Shown: positions 26,498 through 35,856, counted from the first letter of the stretch. The stretch is DNA of 42,408 nt from Solirubrobacterales bacterium (GCA_035547475.1 DASZUW010000132.1:1-42408), one strand, 5' to 3'. The notes: generated by a model not told the origin, from the sequence alone. Program-made: numbers and translations.

Positions 26498-26519
26498 GCC
26501 TTCGCGTCCCATGGCAGAC

Positions 26520-27839
26520 TCAGGCGACGGCGAGAACCGCCAGCGCGACGACCGAGGTGGCGATCAACGCCAGCGCCAGGCCGGTCGCGATCCGCCCGGC
26601 GGGCCCGAGCGCGTGCTGTCCCATCAGGTCGCGGTCTCCCCCGAGACGGCGCAGGAACGGCAGCAGCACCAGCAGCAGCACAGCGTTCAGCGCCTGCGTC
26701 AGGAACAGGAGCTGGATCAGGGGCGCGCCGGGGATCAGCACCACGGCCGCCGCGACGACGGTGACCGCGCCGAAGCTGAGGTAGAACGGCCGCGCCTCGG
26801 CGAAGCTGTCGTCGAGGTCGGCCTTGTCGCCGAGCGTCTCCGAGATCGAGTAGGCGGTGGAGAGCGGCACGATCGCCGCGGCGAGTAGGGCGGCGCCGAG
26901 GAACCCGAGGCCGAACAGGGTCGCGGCGGCGCTCCCGGCCAGTGGTTCGAGGCCGCGCGCCGCGTCCCGCGCGTCCTCGATTTCGACCCCGGCGACGTGC
27001 AGGGTCGCGGCGCAGGCGACGATGACGAAGAAGCCGATCACGCCGGTCAGGACGGCGCCGACGATGACGTCCACGCGCTCGTAGGAGAGGTCTTTCGGCC
27101 GCAGGTGCTTGTCCACGGCGTAGGACTGGATGAACGCGAGCCCCCAGGGCGCCAGGGTGGTGCCGACGGTCGCCACCGCGACCAGCAGCGCGTCGCGATT
27201 CAGGGGCAGGCCGGGGACCACCGCGCCGCGCGCCGCCGCGCCCCAGTCGGGATGGGCGAGGATCCCCGAGACGACGTAGGCGACGAAGACCGCGCCGAGC
27301 GCCAACAGCACGTGCTCGACGTGGCGGAAGTTCTCCCGCAGCACGAGCGCGGAGACCGCGAGCGCCGCGATCGGCACGCTCGCGTAGCGGCTCATCCCGG
27401 TCAGCAGCTGCATCGCGGCGGCGACGCCCGCGAACTCGGCGCAGAGCGTGCCGGTGTTGGCGACGACCAGCGCCGTGAGGACGAGGGCGGCGGCCCGCCT
27501 CCCGTAGCGCTCTCGCACCAGCGTCAGGAGCCCTTTGCCGGTGACGATCCCGAGCCGCACGCCGAGCTCGTGGAAGACGATCAGCGCCGCGGTCGAGACG
27601 ACCAGCACCCAGGTCATCTCGTAGCCGTACTTGGCGCCGAGGATCGAGTAGGTGGTGATCCCCGCCGGGTCGTCGTCGGAGAGCCCGGCCAGGAGGCCCG
27701 GCCCGAGCACCGCCAGGAGCGCCGCGACGCCGCCCGCCGCCACCAGCCGGTGGCGACGGCGGACGATCAGCCCGTGCAGGTGACGGGTCGGGGTCGCGGC
27801 CGGCACGCCGCCGATCCTAGGAGCCGGGCGCCGAGTCAA
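26520..27839 (-). CDS. mntH: NRAMP-family divalent metal (Mn2+/Fe2+) transporter
   Basis: The motif LSDDDPAGITTYSILGAKYGYEMTWVL matches the NRAMP DPGN region. There are about 11 TM helices in 439 aa. Confidence 0.8.
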   Translation of the reverse strand: MTRRPAPRIGGVPAATPTRHLHGLIVRRRHRLVAAGGVAALLAVLGPGLLAGLSDDDPAGITTYSILGAKYGYEMTWVLVVSTAALIVFHELGVRLGIVTGKGLLTLVRERYGRRAAALVLTALVVANTGTLCAEFAGVAAAMQLLTGMSRYASVPIAALAVSALVLRENFRHVEHVLLALGAVFVAYVVSGILAHPDWGAAARGAVVPGLPLNRDALLVAVATVGTTLAPWGLAFIQSYAVDKHLRPKDLSYERVDVIVGAVLTGVIGFFVIVACAATLHVAGVEIEDARDAARGLEPLAGSAAATLFGLGFLGAALLAAAIVPLSTAYSISETLGDKADLDDSFAEARPFYLSFGAVTVVAAAVVLIPGAPLIQLLFLTQALNAVLLLVLLPFLRRLGGDRDLMGQHALGPAGRIATGLALALIATSVVALAVLAVA

Positions 27840-28027
27840 GGAGGCGCGTCCACCTTGGATCGTGTGGCCTTGCCACGATGGAGGGGGCAGACGAGGGACC
27901 TAGGTTGGCGTCGTGAGCGGCGAGCGTGGACGTGGAAGCGAGGCGACCGAGGTCTGGGTCCTCGCCTGGCTGGGAGGGTCGGCGATCGGCGTGGCCGACG
28001 GCGCCGCCCGGCGCGGGTGACCTCGCG

Positions 28028-28927
28028 GTGAGCGACGCGGCGATCGAGACCGAGCGGCTCAGCAAGCTCTATCCGGGCGGGCACGGGATCGCCGAGCTGA
28101 CGATGAGCGTGGCGGCGGGGGAGGTCTTCGGCTTCCTCGGCCCCAACGGGGCGGGCAAGACGACCACGATCCGCACGCTGCTCGACCTGATCCACCCGAC
28201 CGCCGGCTCGGCCCGCCTGCTGGGCCTCGACAGCCGGCGCGACAGCGTCGCGATCCGCCGGCGGGTGGGGAACCTCCCGGGCGACTTCGGCTTCGGCCGC
28301 GAGACGACCGGCCGGCAGGCGCTCGATCTGCTGGCGCGGTTGCGCGGCGCGGCGACCGATCGTGCGGGGGAGCTGACCGAGCGCTTCCGCGCCGACCTCG
28401 ACCGGCCGCTGGGCGAGCTGTCGCGGGGCAACCGCCAGAAGGTCGGCCTGATCCTCGCCGCCTTCCATCGACCCGAGCTGCTCGTCCTCGACGAGCCGAC
28501 GGGCGGCCTCGACCCGATGATGCAGGAGGAGTTCCTCGCCCTGGTCGGCGAGGAACGCGACCGCGGCGCCACCGTCTTCCTCTCCTCGCACGAGCTCGAC
28601 GAGGTCGAGCGAATCTGCGACCGGGTCGGGATCGTCCGCGACGCGAGGCTGGTCGCGGTCGAGCGGGTGCCGGATCTGCTCGGGCGGGCGCGCCGCAAGG
28701 TGTCGGTGCACCTCGCCGACGGCGGCGGGCTCGAGGAGCTGCGGCGGCTCGCGGGCGTCAGCGACGTGGAGCGGTTCGACGGCGGGGTGAGCTTCCGGTT
28801 CGCCGGCGACGTCGACCCGGTGGTGAAGGCCCTCGCCACCCACCACGTCACCGACCTCGAGGTATCGCGGCCCACCCTGGAGGAGGTCTTCCTCGGCTAC
28901 TACGAGGGTGGGGAGGAGGAGCGATGA
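28028..28927 (+). CDS. ABC transporter ATP-binding protein (ABC-2/DrrA-like)
   Basis: GTG at 28028 lies in frame with track ORF 27926..28927. Motifs are GFLGPNGAGKTTT (Walker A), LSRGNRQKVGL (signature), LLVLDEPTGGLD (Walker B) and SSHEL. Confidence 0.85.
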   Translation: MSDAAIETERLSKLYPGGHGIAELTMSVAAGEVFGFLGPNGAGKTTTIRTLLDLIHPTAGSARLLGLDSRRDSVAIRRRVGNLPGDFGFGRETTGRQALDLLARLRGAATDRAGELTERFRADLDRPLGELSRGNRQKVGLILAAFHRPELLVLDEPTGGLDPMMQEEFLALVGEERDRGATVFLSSHELDEVERICDRVGIVRDARLVAVERVPDLLGRARRKVSVHLADGGGLEELRRLAGVSDVERFDGGVSFRFAGDVDPVVKALATHHVTDLEVSRPTLEEVFLGYYEGGEEER

Positions 28928-29715
28928 GGTCCCAGCTCGCCTCCCTGGTCGGCTTCCACCTGCGCGAGCGGCGGCGCTCGGCGCTCGCCTGGGGGCTGCC
29001 CCTGGGGGCGATGTCGGCGTTCATCGTCGCCATCTATCCCTCCGTCCAGGGCGCCCTGACCAAGGTCGTGGCGCAGTACCCGGAGGGGCTCAAGCAGGCG
29101 TTCGGGATCGGTGAGCTGTCGAGTGTCGAGCAATACCTGCACGGCGAGATGCTGAGCCTGATCGTGCCGCTGGCGCTCGGCTACCTGGCCGCGCGCGCGG
29201 TCGCGAGCGACCTCAGCGGGACGGCGGAAAGCGGCCGCCTCGAGGTGCTCCTCTCGGCGCCCGTCACCCGCCGGGCCATCTGCCTGGCCGCCCTGCTCGC
29301 GGCCGCGGTGGAGGTCGCGGTGGTCCTCCTCATCACCCTGCTCCTGAGCCTCCTCGGCAGCCTCCTCGCCGGTGCCGGCCTCGGCCTGGGGGACGCCGTC
29401 GCCGGCTTCGCCGCGGTCTGGCCGCTCGCCCTCGTCGGCGGCGGGATGGCGGTCGTCGTCTGCGGCGTCTCGCTGAGGACGAGCGTCGTCACCGGCGCGG
29501 TCGCGGGCTTCCTCGTCGCGATGTACGTGGTCGACCTGATCGGCAAGCTCGACGAAGGCCTCGCCGGGATTCGCCATGCCTCGATCTTCCGCTACTACGG
29601 CAACGCGATCGAAGAGGGGATCGAACCGCTCGCCTTCGTCGGGCTCCTCCTGCTCGCCGCGATGCTCGTCTTGCTCGGCGCAATGCTGTTCGAGCGGCGC
29701 GACCTCGGCGTCTGA
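28924..29715 (+). CDS. ABC-2 type transporter permease
   Basis: An ATGA overlap couples it to the ATPase gene. It has six hydrophobic segments in 263 aa. Confidence 0.7.
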   Translation: MRSQLASLVGFHLRERRRSALAWGLPLGAMSAFIVAIYPSVQGALTKVVAQYPEGLKQAFGIGELSSVEQYLHGEMLSLIVPLALGYLAARAVASDLSGTAESGRLEVLLSAPVTRRAICLAALLAAAVEVAVVLLITLLLSLLGSLLAGAGLGLGDAVAGFAAVWPLALVGGGMAVVVCGVSLRTSVVTGAVAGFLVAMYVVDLIGKLDEGLAGIRHASIFRYYGNAIEEGIEPLAFVGLLLLAAMLVLLGAMLFERRDLGV

Positions 29716-29775
29716 GCGCCTCACCTGCCAAGAATCCTCCTCCCAAAATCGGCGGGCCGGTGCGATAGTGGACCG

Positions 29776-31449
29776 ATGCCCGTCACCGACGAGATCGTCG
29801 GCCCGGAAGACGACCGCTTCAGGCGCCTGGTCGAGGTCGGCTCCTCGCTCCTCTCCGAGCTCGACCTGGAGGCGGTGCTGCCGGCCGTCGTCGAGGCGGC
29901 GCGGGAGCTGACCGGGGCCGAGTACGCCGCGCTCGGGGTGCTCGATCCGGAGGGCCGCGAGCTGGAACGCTTCATCTACCTCGGGATCGACGACGAGACC
30001 CGCCGCGACATCGGCCCGCTGCCCCGCGGGCGGGGCGTGCTCGGCGAGCTGATCCGCCACCCCGAGCCGCTGCGGGTCGCCGACGTCGAATCCCACCCCC
30101 ACGCCTACGGGTTCCCGCCCGGCCATCCACGGATGCACACCTTCCTCGGCGTGCCGATCAGGATCCGCGGCCGGGTCTATGGCAACCTCTACATGACCGA
30201 GAAGGCGGGCGGCGAGGAGTTCGGCGAGGATGACGAGGAGGCGGCGCTGACGCTCGCCAACTGGGCGGCGATCGCGATCGAGAACGCCCGGCTCTACACG
30301 GCGCTGAGCGCCCGCGAGGGGGAGGTCGAGCGCGCCCTGCGCCGCGCCGAGACCTCGGCCGACATCGCCCGCACGGTGGGCGGTGAGACCGATGTCGGGC
30401 GCGTCCTCGACCTGATCGTGAAGCGGGGGCGGGCGTTGGTCGAGGCCCGCACCGTCCTGGTGCTGCTGCGTCGCGGCGACCGCCTGGCGGTGGCCGCGCA
30501 GGCAGGCCGGGTCGGGCCGGAGGTCGCGGAGCTGACGATCCCCACCGACGATGAGGTCTTCCAGGCGGCGATGCGGGAGCGGGTCGCCCGGCACCTCGAG
30601 CGGGGGACGCCTCCGTCGGAAGCCCGCCTCCGCGAGCGGCTCGGGGCCGAGTCCGCCCTGGTCGTCCCGCTGCTCTTCCGCGGTCGCGCCGTCGGCGCCC
30701 TCGTCGCCCTCGACCGCGAAGCGGGCGGCGACTTCGACGACGAGGACCTGCGCCTCCTGCAGGCGTTCGCGGCGACCGCGGCGATCGCCGTCGGCACCGC
30801 CCAGTCGGTCGAGGCGGGACGCCTGCAGCAGCAGGTCGAGATCGCCGAGGACGAGCGCCGTCGCTGGGCGCAGGAGTTCCACGACGGCGTCCTGCAGTCC
30901 TTGGCCGCGGTGCGGATCACCCTCGCCGCGGCGCTCCAGGGGACCGGGCCCGATCGGGCGAGGAAGATCGAAGGCGCCGCCGAAGCGACGGTCGAAGGGC
31001 TCGAGGAGCAGATCACCGAGCTCAGCCGGTTGATCAACGACCTGCGGCCCGCCTCGCTGGAGCGGCTCGGCCTCCCAGGCGCGCTGGAGGCCCTCGCCGA
31101 GGAGTCGGCGAACCGCGGCGATCTCGAGGTCGCCACCGAGATCGCGCTGTCCGGGGAGTTGACCAGCGACACCGAGCGCGCCGTCTACCGGCTCGTGCAG
31201 GAGGCGCTGAACAACGTGGTCAAGCACGCCAAGGCGCGCTCCGCCGCGGTCCGCGTCGGGACCGGCGCGGGGCGGATCGAGATCGAGGTCCGCGACGACG
31301 GCGACGGCTTCGACCCGACCCTTGCCCCCGGCCGAGGGCTTCTCGGCATGCGCGAGCGAGTCGAGCTGCTGGGCGGCACGCTCGCGATCGACTCGCGACC
31401 CGGCCGGGGAACGACGGTCAGCTCTACTTTTCCGGTGCGGGGGGGCTAG
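29776..31449 (+). CDS. devS: DevS/DosT-like GAF-GAF-HisKA_3-HATPase sensor kinase (probable heme-based gas/redox sensor)
   Basis: GAF-A aligns closely by eye with M. tuberculosis DevS: FIYLGIDDETRRDIGPLPRGRGVLGELI, PLRVADVESHPHAYGFPPGHPRMHTFLGVPIRIRGRVYGNLYMTEK and IAIENARLY. The H-box is WAQEFHDGVLQSL. The ATP lid reads VRDDGDGF...GLLGMRERV. Confidence 0.8.
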   Translation: MPVTDEIVGPEDDRFRRLVEVGSSLLSELDLEAVLPAVVEAARELTGAEYAALGVLDPEGRELERFIYLGIDDETRRDIGPLPRGRGVLGELIRHPEPLRVADVESHPHAYGFPPGHPRMHTFLGVPIRIRGRVYGNLYMTEKAGGEEFGEDDEEAALTLANWAAIAIENARLYTALSAREGEVERALRRAETSADIARTVGGETDVGRVLDLIVKRGRALVEARTVLVLLRRGDRLAVAAQAGRVGPEVAELTIPTDDEVFQAAMRERVARHLERGTPPSEARLRERLGAESALVVPLLFRGRAVGALVALDREAGGDFDDEDLRLLQAFAATAAIAVGTAQSVEAGRLQQQVEIAEDERRRWAQEFHDGVLQSLAAVRITLAAALQGTGPDRARKIEGAAEATVEGLEEQITELSRLINDLRPASLERLGLPGALEALAEESANRGDLEVATEIALSGELTSDTERAVYRLVQEALNNVVKHAKARSAAVRVGTGAGRIEIEVRDDGDGFDPTLAPGRGLLGMRERVELLGGTLAIDSRPGRGTTVSSTFPVRGG

Positions 31450-31544
31450 GGCGAGCAACCTCGCCCGGACCCTTGTTGACTACTTCCGCTAGCCTTTTCC
31501 AAGGTGGAAGCCTCTGTCGGCGCACCGGGTGGGGCCTGAGGCGC

Positions 31545-31841
31545 GTGGAGAACCAGCAAGACATCGAAATTCACGTGCCGCCGCCGGTAGCGGCGGGTAG
31601 TTACGCGAATCTCGTGGGGGTGTGGCATTCGCCACATGACTTCGCGCTCGACTTCTGTCTGGTGCAGCCGTTCGCCGCCGATGGGCCGCAGGCGACGGTC
31701 GTCTCACGCGTTCGGATTCCTCCAACGCTCGTCCTGAATTTGTTGCAGTCCTTAAGCCAGAACCTATTGGAGTACGAGAAGACCTATGGTGAGGTACGGC
31801 GCCCGTACGGAGATCATGAGAAAGGCGGTGACGACCGATGA
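31545..31841 (+). CDS. DUF3467-like small protein
   Basis: GTG at 31545 lies in frame with track ORF 31473..31841. The sequence YANLVGVWHSPHDFALDFC...VVSRVRIPPTLVLNLLQSLSQNLLEYEKTYGEV matches my memory of the DUF3467 pattern. Its stop overlaps the next ATG as ATGA. Confidence 0.55.
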   Translation: MENQQDIEIHVPPPVAAGSYANLVGVWHSPHDFALDFCLVQPFAADGPQATVVSRVRIPPTLVLNLLQSLSQNLLEYEKTYGEVRRPYGDHEKGGDDR

Positions 31842-32191
31842 GTTCAGTCGCGGACAAAATCAACGTCGATCTGACCCGACCCGGCCGATCCTCGCAACCT
31901 CACTGGGGAAAGCATATTGGCGCTCGGTATCGATCCTCCGCTGAATACGTGGCCGGAACCCTTATCTATAAGGCGGCTCCCCGGATTCCACGGTTGCAAT
32001 TGGAAGCGACCGAAGACGGTTACATCGCGTCAGATTCGATGACTGGCGTTTTTGGGGCAGGCCCGGATGCCGATCAAGCCGTGCGAGATTTGGCTGTCGC
32101 CCTCCGTGAGCACCGCGATGTACTCGAAAGGCAAGATGCCCTTTCCCCTGCTCTTCAGGAACAACTGGAGCATTTGCGCGACCTCTTCTGA
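31838..32191 (+). CDS. HicB-like antitoxin candidate (117 aa)
   Basis: LQLEATEDGYIASDSMTGVFGAGPDADQAVRDLAVALREH resembles the HicB/UPF0150 N-domain pattern (E..dG.y.A....g..g.G.t.eeA...l..al.e). Confidence 0.4.
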   Translation: MSSVADKINVDLTRPGRSSQPHWGKHIGARYRSSAEYVAGTLIYKAAPRIPRLQLEATEDGYIASDSMTGVFGAGPDADQAVRDLAVALREHRDVLERQDALSPALQEQLEHLRDLF

Positions 32192-32209
32192 GTAGTATCC
32201 CCAACAGGC

Positions 32210-32512
32210 ATGGGGAACACGCGCAGTACTGCGGAGATTGCGAAGTCCTTACTCGAGAAGGGCATGGAGCGCGACGAGTCGCACCATCACATGTTTCGGA
32301 AGACCCTCGACGGGGTCACCACGATCGTTACTCGGCTTTCGCACTCACACGACGAGATAGGGGCCGCGTTGGCCAAACGGATGGCCAATCAGTGCTGCCT
32401 TCAGCTGCGCGAGTTCTGGGACCTTGTGGACTGCCCCCTGAGCGAGGAGGAGTGGAACCGGCTGGTGAAAGAGCGTTGCAGCGACGGACGCAATCCTTTC
32501 ATCGGCCGGTAG
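32210..32512 (+). CDS. HicA-like toxin candidate (100 aa) with a C-terminal extension
   Basis: STAEIAKSLLEKGMERDESHHHMFRKTLDGVTTIVTRLSHSHDEIGAALAKRMANQCCL follows the HicA pattern (s.eiik.LekkGw......sHh.f.......t.v..H...ei....l..i.kq..l). Confidence 0.35.
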   Translation: MGNTRSTAEIAKSLLEKGMERDESHHHMFRKTLDGVTTIVTRLSHSHDEIGAALAKRMANQCCLQLREFWDLVDCPLSEEEWNRLVKERCSDGRNPFIGR

Positions 32513-32539
32513 GAGCGGACTGCGCCTCCGCCGATCCTC

Positions 32540-33184
32540 CTAGCTGCCGCCAGGCTCGATCACCCGGTTGGCGATCGCGAAGCGGACCAGCTCCGGGCGC
32601 GACTCGACGCCGATCTTCTCCAGCAGTTTCGCCCGGTTCACCTCGATCGCGCGGACGCTGAGGAAGAGCTGCTCGCCGATCTCGCGGTTGGTGTGGCCGA
32701 GGGCGACGAGGCGCAGCAGCTCGAGCTCCCGCTCGGTGAGGTCGTCGAGCGGGTCGGCCTCGAGCTTCGCCATCTCGCCGCCGAGGCGGGGGTCGACGTA
32801 GGAGCCGCCGGCGGCGGCGGTGCGGATGGCCTCGCCGAGGTTGCGCTCGGCCGCCTGCTTGAGCACGAAGCCGGCCGCGCCCGCCCGCATCAGGTCACGG
32901 GCGATGCGCGGGTCGCTCTGCATGGTGAGGACGACGACCGCCGGTCCCGGCACCGCCTCGCGGAGCCGCGGGACGTCGGCGCGCGGGTCGGCGCCGGGCA
33001 TCTGGAGGTCGAGGAGGAGGACGTCCGGCCGTCGGTCCTCGACCAGCTTCGCCGCCGCGGCGGCGTCCGCGGCCTCGCCGATCACCCGCAGGTCGGGCTC
33101 GCCTTCCAGCATCGCGCGCAGGCCCGCCCGGATCACGTTGTGGTCGTCGGCGAGGACGACGGTGATCTCGGCCGGGTCGCTCAT
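32540..33184 (-). CDS. NarL/LuxR-family response regulator
   Basis: Internal ATG 33184 of track ORF 32540..33256. Motifs are ITVVLADDHNVIRAGL, DVLLLDLQMPG, and the HTH LTERELELLRLVALGHTNREIGEQLFLSVRAIEVNR. Confidence 0.85.
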   Translation of the reverse strand: MSDPAEITVVLADDHNVIRAGLRAMLEGEPDLRVIGEAADAAAAAKLVEDRRPDVLLLDLQMPGADPRADVPRLREAVPGPAVVVLTMQSDPRIARDLMRAGAAGFVLKQAAERNLGEAIRTAAAGGSYVDPRLGGEMAKLEADPLDDLTERELELLRLVALGHTNREIGEQLFLSVRAIEVNRAKLLEKIGVESRPELVRFAIANRVIEPGGS

Positions 33185-33276
33185 GTCACCAGTCTGCCGG
33201 CGACCCCGCCTCCCCGCACCGCTCGATGTGGAGGATCGCCGATGGTGGGGGGCCACGACCGCGCGAGCATGACGGC

Positions 33277-34197
33277 ATGAGAATCCTCGTCGCCCTCGGT
33301 GGCAACGCGCTGCTTCGCCGCGGCCAACCCGCCGACGCCGCCACGCAGGGCCGCAACGTCGAGGCCTCGGCGGTCGGCCTGGCCGAGCTTGCCGCCGGCC
33401 ACGAGGTGGTGATCACCCACGGCAACGGCCCGCAGGTCGGGCTGCTCGCCCTGCAGAGCGAGAGCTACGGCGCCATCGCCCCGTATCCGCTCGACGTGCT
33501 CGGCGCCGAGAGCGAGGGCATGGTCGGCCACCTGCTGGAGCTGGCGCTCCGCAACCAGCTTCCCGAGCGGGAGATCGTCACCGTCCTTACCGAGACCGTG
33601 GTCGATCCCGACGACCCCGCGTTCGAGGAGCCGTCGAAGCCGATCGGTCCGGTCTACTCGGCCGGGGAGGCGGGCCGCCTGCGGGCCGAGCGAGGCTGGG
33701 TGATGGGCCGCGACGGCGAGCGCTGGCGCCGCCTCGTCCCCTCGCCCGAGCCGCGGGCGATCTCCGAGCTCCGCTCCCTTCGGCTGCTGGTCGACGCGGG
33801 CGTCCTCGTCGTCTGCGCCGGCGGCGGCGGCATCCCGGTCACGGTCGGCGCCGACGGTCGCCTGCGCGGCGTCGAGGGCGTCGTCGACAAGGACCTCACG
33901 GCCGCCCTTCTGGCACGTCGCCTGGACGCCGACCTGCTGCTGATGCTGACCGACGTCGATGCCGTCCGCGTCGGCTGGGGCACCGACCGCGAACGGCCGC
34001 TGGGGCGGGCGACGGTCGAGCAGCTGCGCACGATGGAGTTCGCCGCCGGCTCGATGGCCCCGAAGGTCGAGGCCGCCTGCCGCTTCGTCGAGGCGACCGG
34101 CAGGGCCGCCGCGATCGGCGCCCTCGGGGATGCCGATCGGATCGTCCGCGGCGAGGCCGGGACCCGGGTGACGCCGGCCCCGAGCGCGGTCGGCTGA
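33277..34197 (+). CDS. arcC: Carbamate kinase
   Basis: Internal ATG 33277 of track ORF 33226..34197. Motifs are MRILVALGGNALL, VITHGNGPQVG, VVCAGGGGIPV, VDKDLTAALLA and FAAGSMAPKVEAA. Confidence 0.9.
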   Translation: MRILVALGGNALLRRGQPADAATQGRNVEASAVGLAELAAGHEVVITHGNGPQVGLLALQSESYGAIAPYPLDVLGAESEGMVGHLLELALRNQLPEREIVTVLTETVVDPDDPAFEEPSKPIGPVYSAGEAGRLRAERGWVMGRDGERWRRLVPSPEPRAISELRSLRLLVDAGVLVVCAGGGGIPVTVGADGRLRGVEGVVDKDLTAALLARRLDADLLLMLTDVDAVRVGWGTDRERPLGRATVEQLRTMEFAAGSMAPKVEAACRFVEATGRAAAIGALGDADRIVRGEAGTRVTPAPSAVG

Positions 34198-34257
34198 GTC
34201 AGCCGACGTCCACCAGCGTCGCCGGCGCCGCCTGCTCGCTCGGCGGTCGGCAGCCGC

Positions 34258-35856
34258 TCAGCGGCACGGCCCTCGCACCGGCACCGCGTCCCGCTCGATC
34301 GGACACGACATGCAGCGTGGGCTGCCGCGGCCGCGGCCGAGCTCGGCGCCCGCGATCGTGATCACCTCGATCCCCTCGTGGCGCAGGCGCGTGTTGGTGT
34401 CGACGTTGCGTTCGTAGGCCATCACCACGCCGGGGGCGAGGGCGAGGACGTTGTTGCCGTCGTCCCACTGCTCGCGCTGGGCCTCGAAGCGGTCGCCGCC
34501 GGTCTCGAAGAGGCGCAGCGAGTCGACCTCGAGGGCCGTCGCGATCGCCGTGAAGAGCTCCTGCTCGCGGGCGACGCGGACGCCGTCGGGCCCCGGGGTC
34601 AGCGTGTAGCCGACCATCGAGTCGCGCAGCTCCGGGTAGACGGTGAAGGCGTCGCGGTCGACCATCGTCATCACCGTGTCCAGGTGCATGCTGGAGCGCC
34701 GCGCGGGCAGCACCACCGCGATCACCTGGCGCGCCGCGCCGGCCTCGAAGAGGCGGTGGGCGAGGAGCTCGACGCCGGCCGGGGTGGAGCGCTCGCCCAT
34801 CCCGATCAGCACGCAGCCGTTGCCGATCACGAGGATGTCGCCGCCCTCGAGGCGGGCTGGCCGGCCGAGGCCGTCGCTCCAGACCTCGTGCTCGGCCCTG
34901 AACAGCGGATGGTGGCGGTAGATCGCCGCGAGGTGGAGGGCCTCGCGCCGGCGCGCCGGCTTCGCCATCGAGTGGACCGTGACGCCGCCGAAGATCCAGG
35001 CGGAGGTGTCGCGGGTGAAGAGGTGGTTGGGCAGCGGCGGCAGGACGAAGCCGTCGCGGCGCGCCACCTGGGCGACCAGCGAGTCGCTCGCGAAGGGCAG
35101 CTCCGCGTAGGTGACGCCGCCGATCAGGCGTTGCGCCAGCTCCTCCGCCGGCACCTCGCCGAGCCAGGCGGAGACCGCCCGGCCGAGCCGCGGGCCGAGG
35201 CAGGCCCCGTCCAGGGTGCCCGCGAGAACCTCCTCGCGGCCGGCGGGGATGGCGAGCGTCTCGGCGAGCAGCTCGTGCAGGTAGAGCACCTCGACCCCGC
35301 GCTCGACCAGCGCGTCGGCGAACGCGTCGTGCTCCTGGCGCGCGCGCTTCACCCAGAGGACGTCGTCGAAGAGCAGTTCGTCCTTGTTGGCCGGGGTGAG
35401 GCGCCGCAGCTCCAGGTCGGGGCGATGCAGCATGACCCGCCGCAGCGTCCCGACCTCGGAGTGGACGCCGAGCCGCGTCGCGGCGCCGGTAGCGGTGAGC
35501 AGCCAGATGACCCCGACGCCGACGATCGCGGCGAGCAGGTTGTCGGTGCCGACCTGCGGCCAGAAGACGGCGAGATAGCCGACGAAGGCGACGGCGATCG
35601 CGGCGTTCCCGGCCCAGGCGGCGATCCAGTAGCCCCAGGCGGTCTGGAAGCCGATGAAGTCGCCGAACGCCCGCCGCGCGTAGGCGTAGGGCCCGCCGGT
35701 GCGGGGCATCGCGCGGCCGAGGCGGGAGAAGACGAACGCCAGGAGCATCGCGCCCGCGCCGGTGAAGGCCCAGCCGACCAGCGACATCGGGCCGGCGGCG
35801 CCGGCGAGGGAGGCGGGCAGCAGGAAGACGCCCGACCCGACCATGTTCCCGATCAC
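34258..35856 (-). CDS. arcA: Arginine deiminase preceded in frame by a 4-TM fragment of an ArcD/APC-type amino-acid permease
   Basis: The ADI part reads [39 protein letters not shown] ... [13 protein letters not shown]. The first 125 or so codons read (LATAL)[18 protein letters not shown]...[35 protein letters not shown], which is the N-terminal third of an arginine/ornithine antiporter. The expected ADI start position (M)RLGVHSE has ACG instead of ATG. Confidence 0.8.
   Translation of the reverse strand: MIGNMVGSGVFLLPASLAGAAGPMSLVGWAFTGAGAMLLAFVFSRLGRAMPRTGGPYAYARRAFGDFIGFQTAWGYWIAAWAGNAAIAVAFVGYLAVFWPQVGTDNLLAAIVGVGVIWLLTATGAATRLGVHSEVGTLRRVMLHRPDLELRRLTPANKDELLFDDVLWVKRARQEHDAFADALVERGVEVLYLHELLAETLAIPAGREEVLAGTLDGACLGPRLGRAVSAWLGEVPAEELAQRLIGGVTYAELPFASDSLVAQVARRDGFVLPPLPNHLFTRDTSAWIFGGVTVHSMAKPARRREALHLAAIYRHHPLFRAEHEVWSDGLGRPARLEGGDILVIGNGCVLIGMGERSTPAGVELLAHRLFEAGAARQVIAVVLPARRSSMHLDTVMTMVDRDAFTVYPELRDSMVGYTLTPGPDGVRVAREQELFTAIATALEVDSLRLFETGGDRFEAQREQWDDGNNVLALAPGVVMAYERNVDTNTRLRHEGIEVITIAGAELGRGRGSPRCMSCPIERDAVPVRGPCR

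Larger units (their letters stand above)
31450..32530. other. Low-GC compositional islet (three small genes) between the kinase and a NarL regulator
   Basis: By eye, GC drops to the high 50s percent against about 70% or more in the flanks. AT-rich codons appear, for example ttgttgcagtccttaagccagaacctattggag. Confidence 0.7.

Noticed and set aside
27855-27915. Upstream of the NRAMP gene there is an imperfect inverted repeat ATCGTGTGGC-CTT-GCCACGAT and a CTAGGTTGG segment faintly resembling half of a DtxR/IdeR box.
   Set aside because: The palindrome needs a 2-nt bulge, and only one half-site resembles the metalloregulator consensus. This is insufficient to call an operator.
31449-31466. Short GC-rich hairpins after convergent gene ends: GGGCGA-GCAACC-TCGCCC after the kinase stop, and CCCGGC-GCCG-GCCGGG at 37326-37341.
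   Set aside because: The stems are only 6 bp and lack a following T-tract. In sequence this GC-rich, such hairpins occur by chance, so I do not call them terminators.
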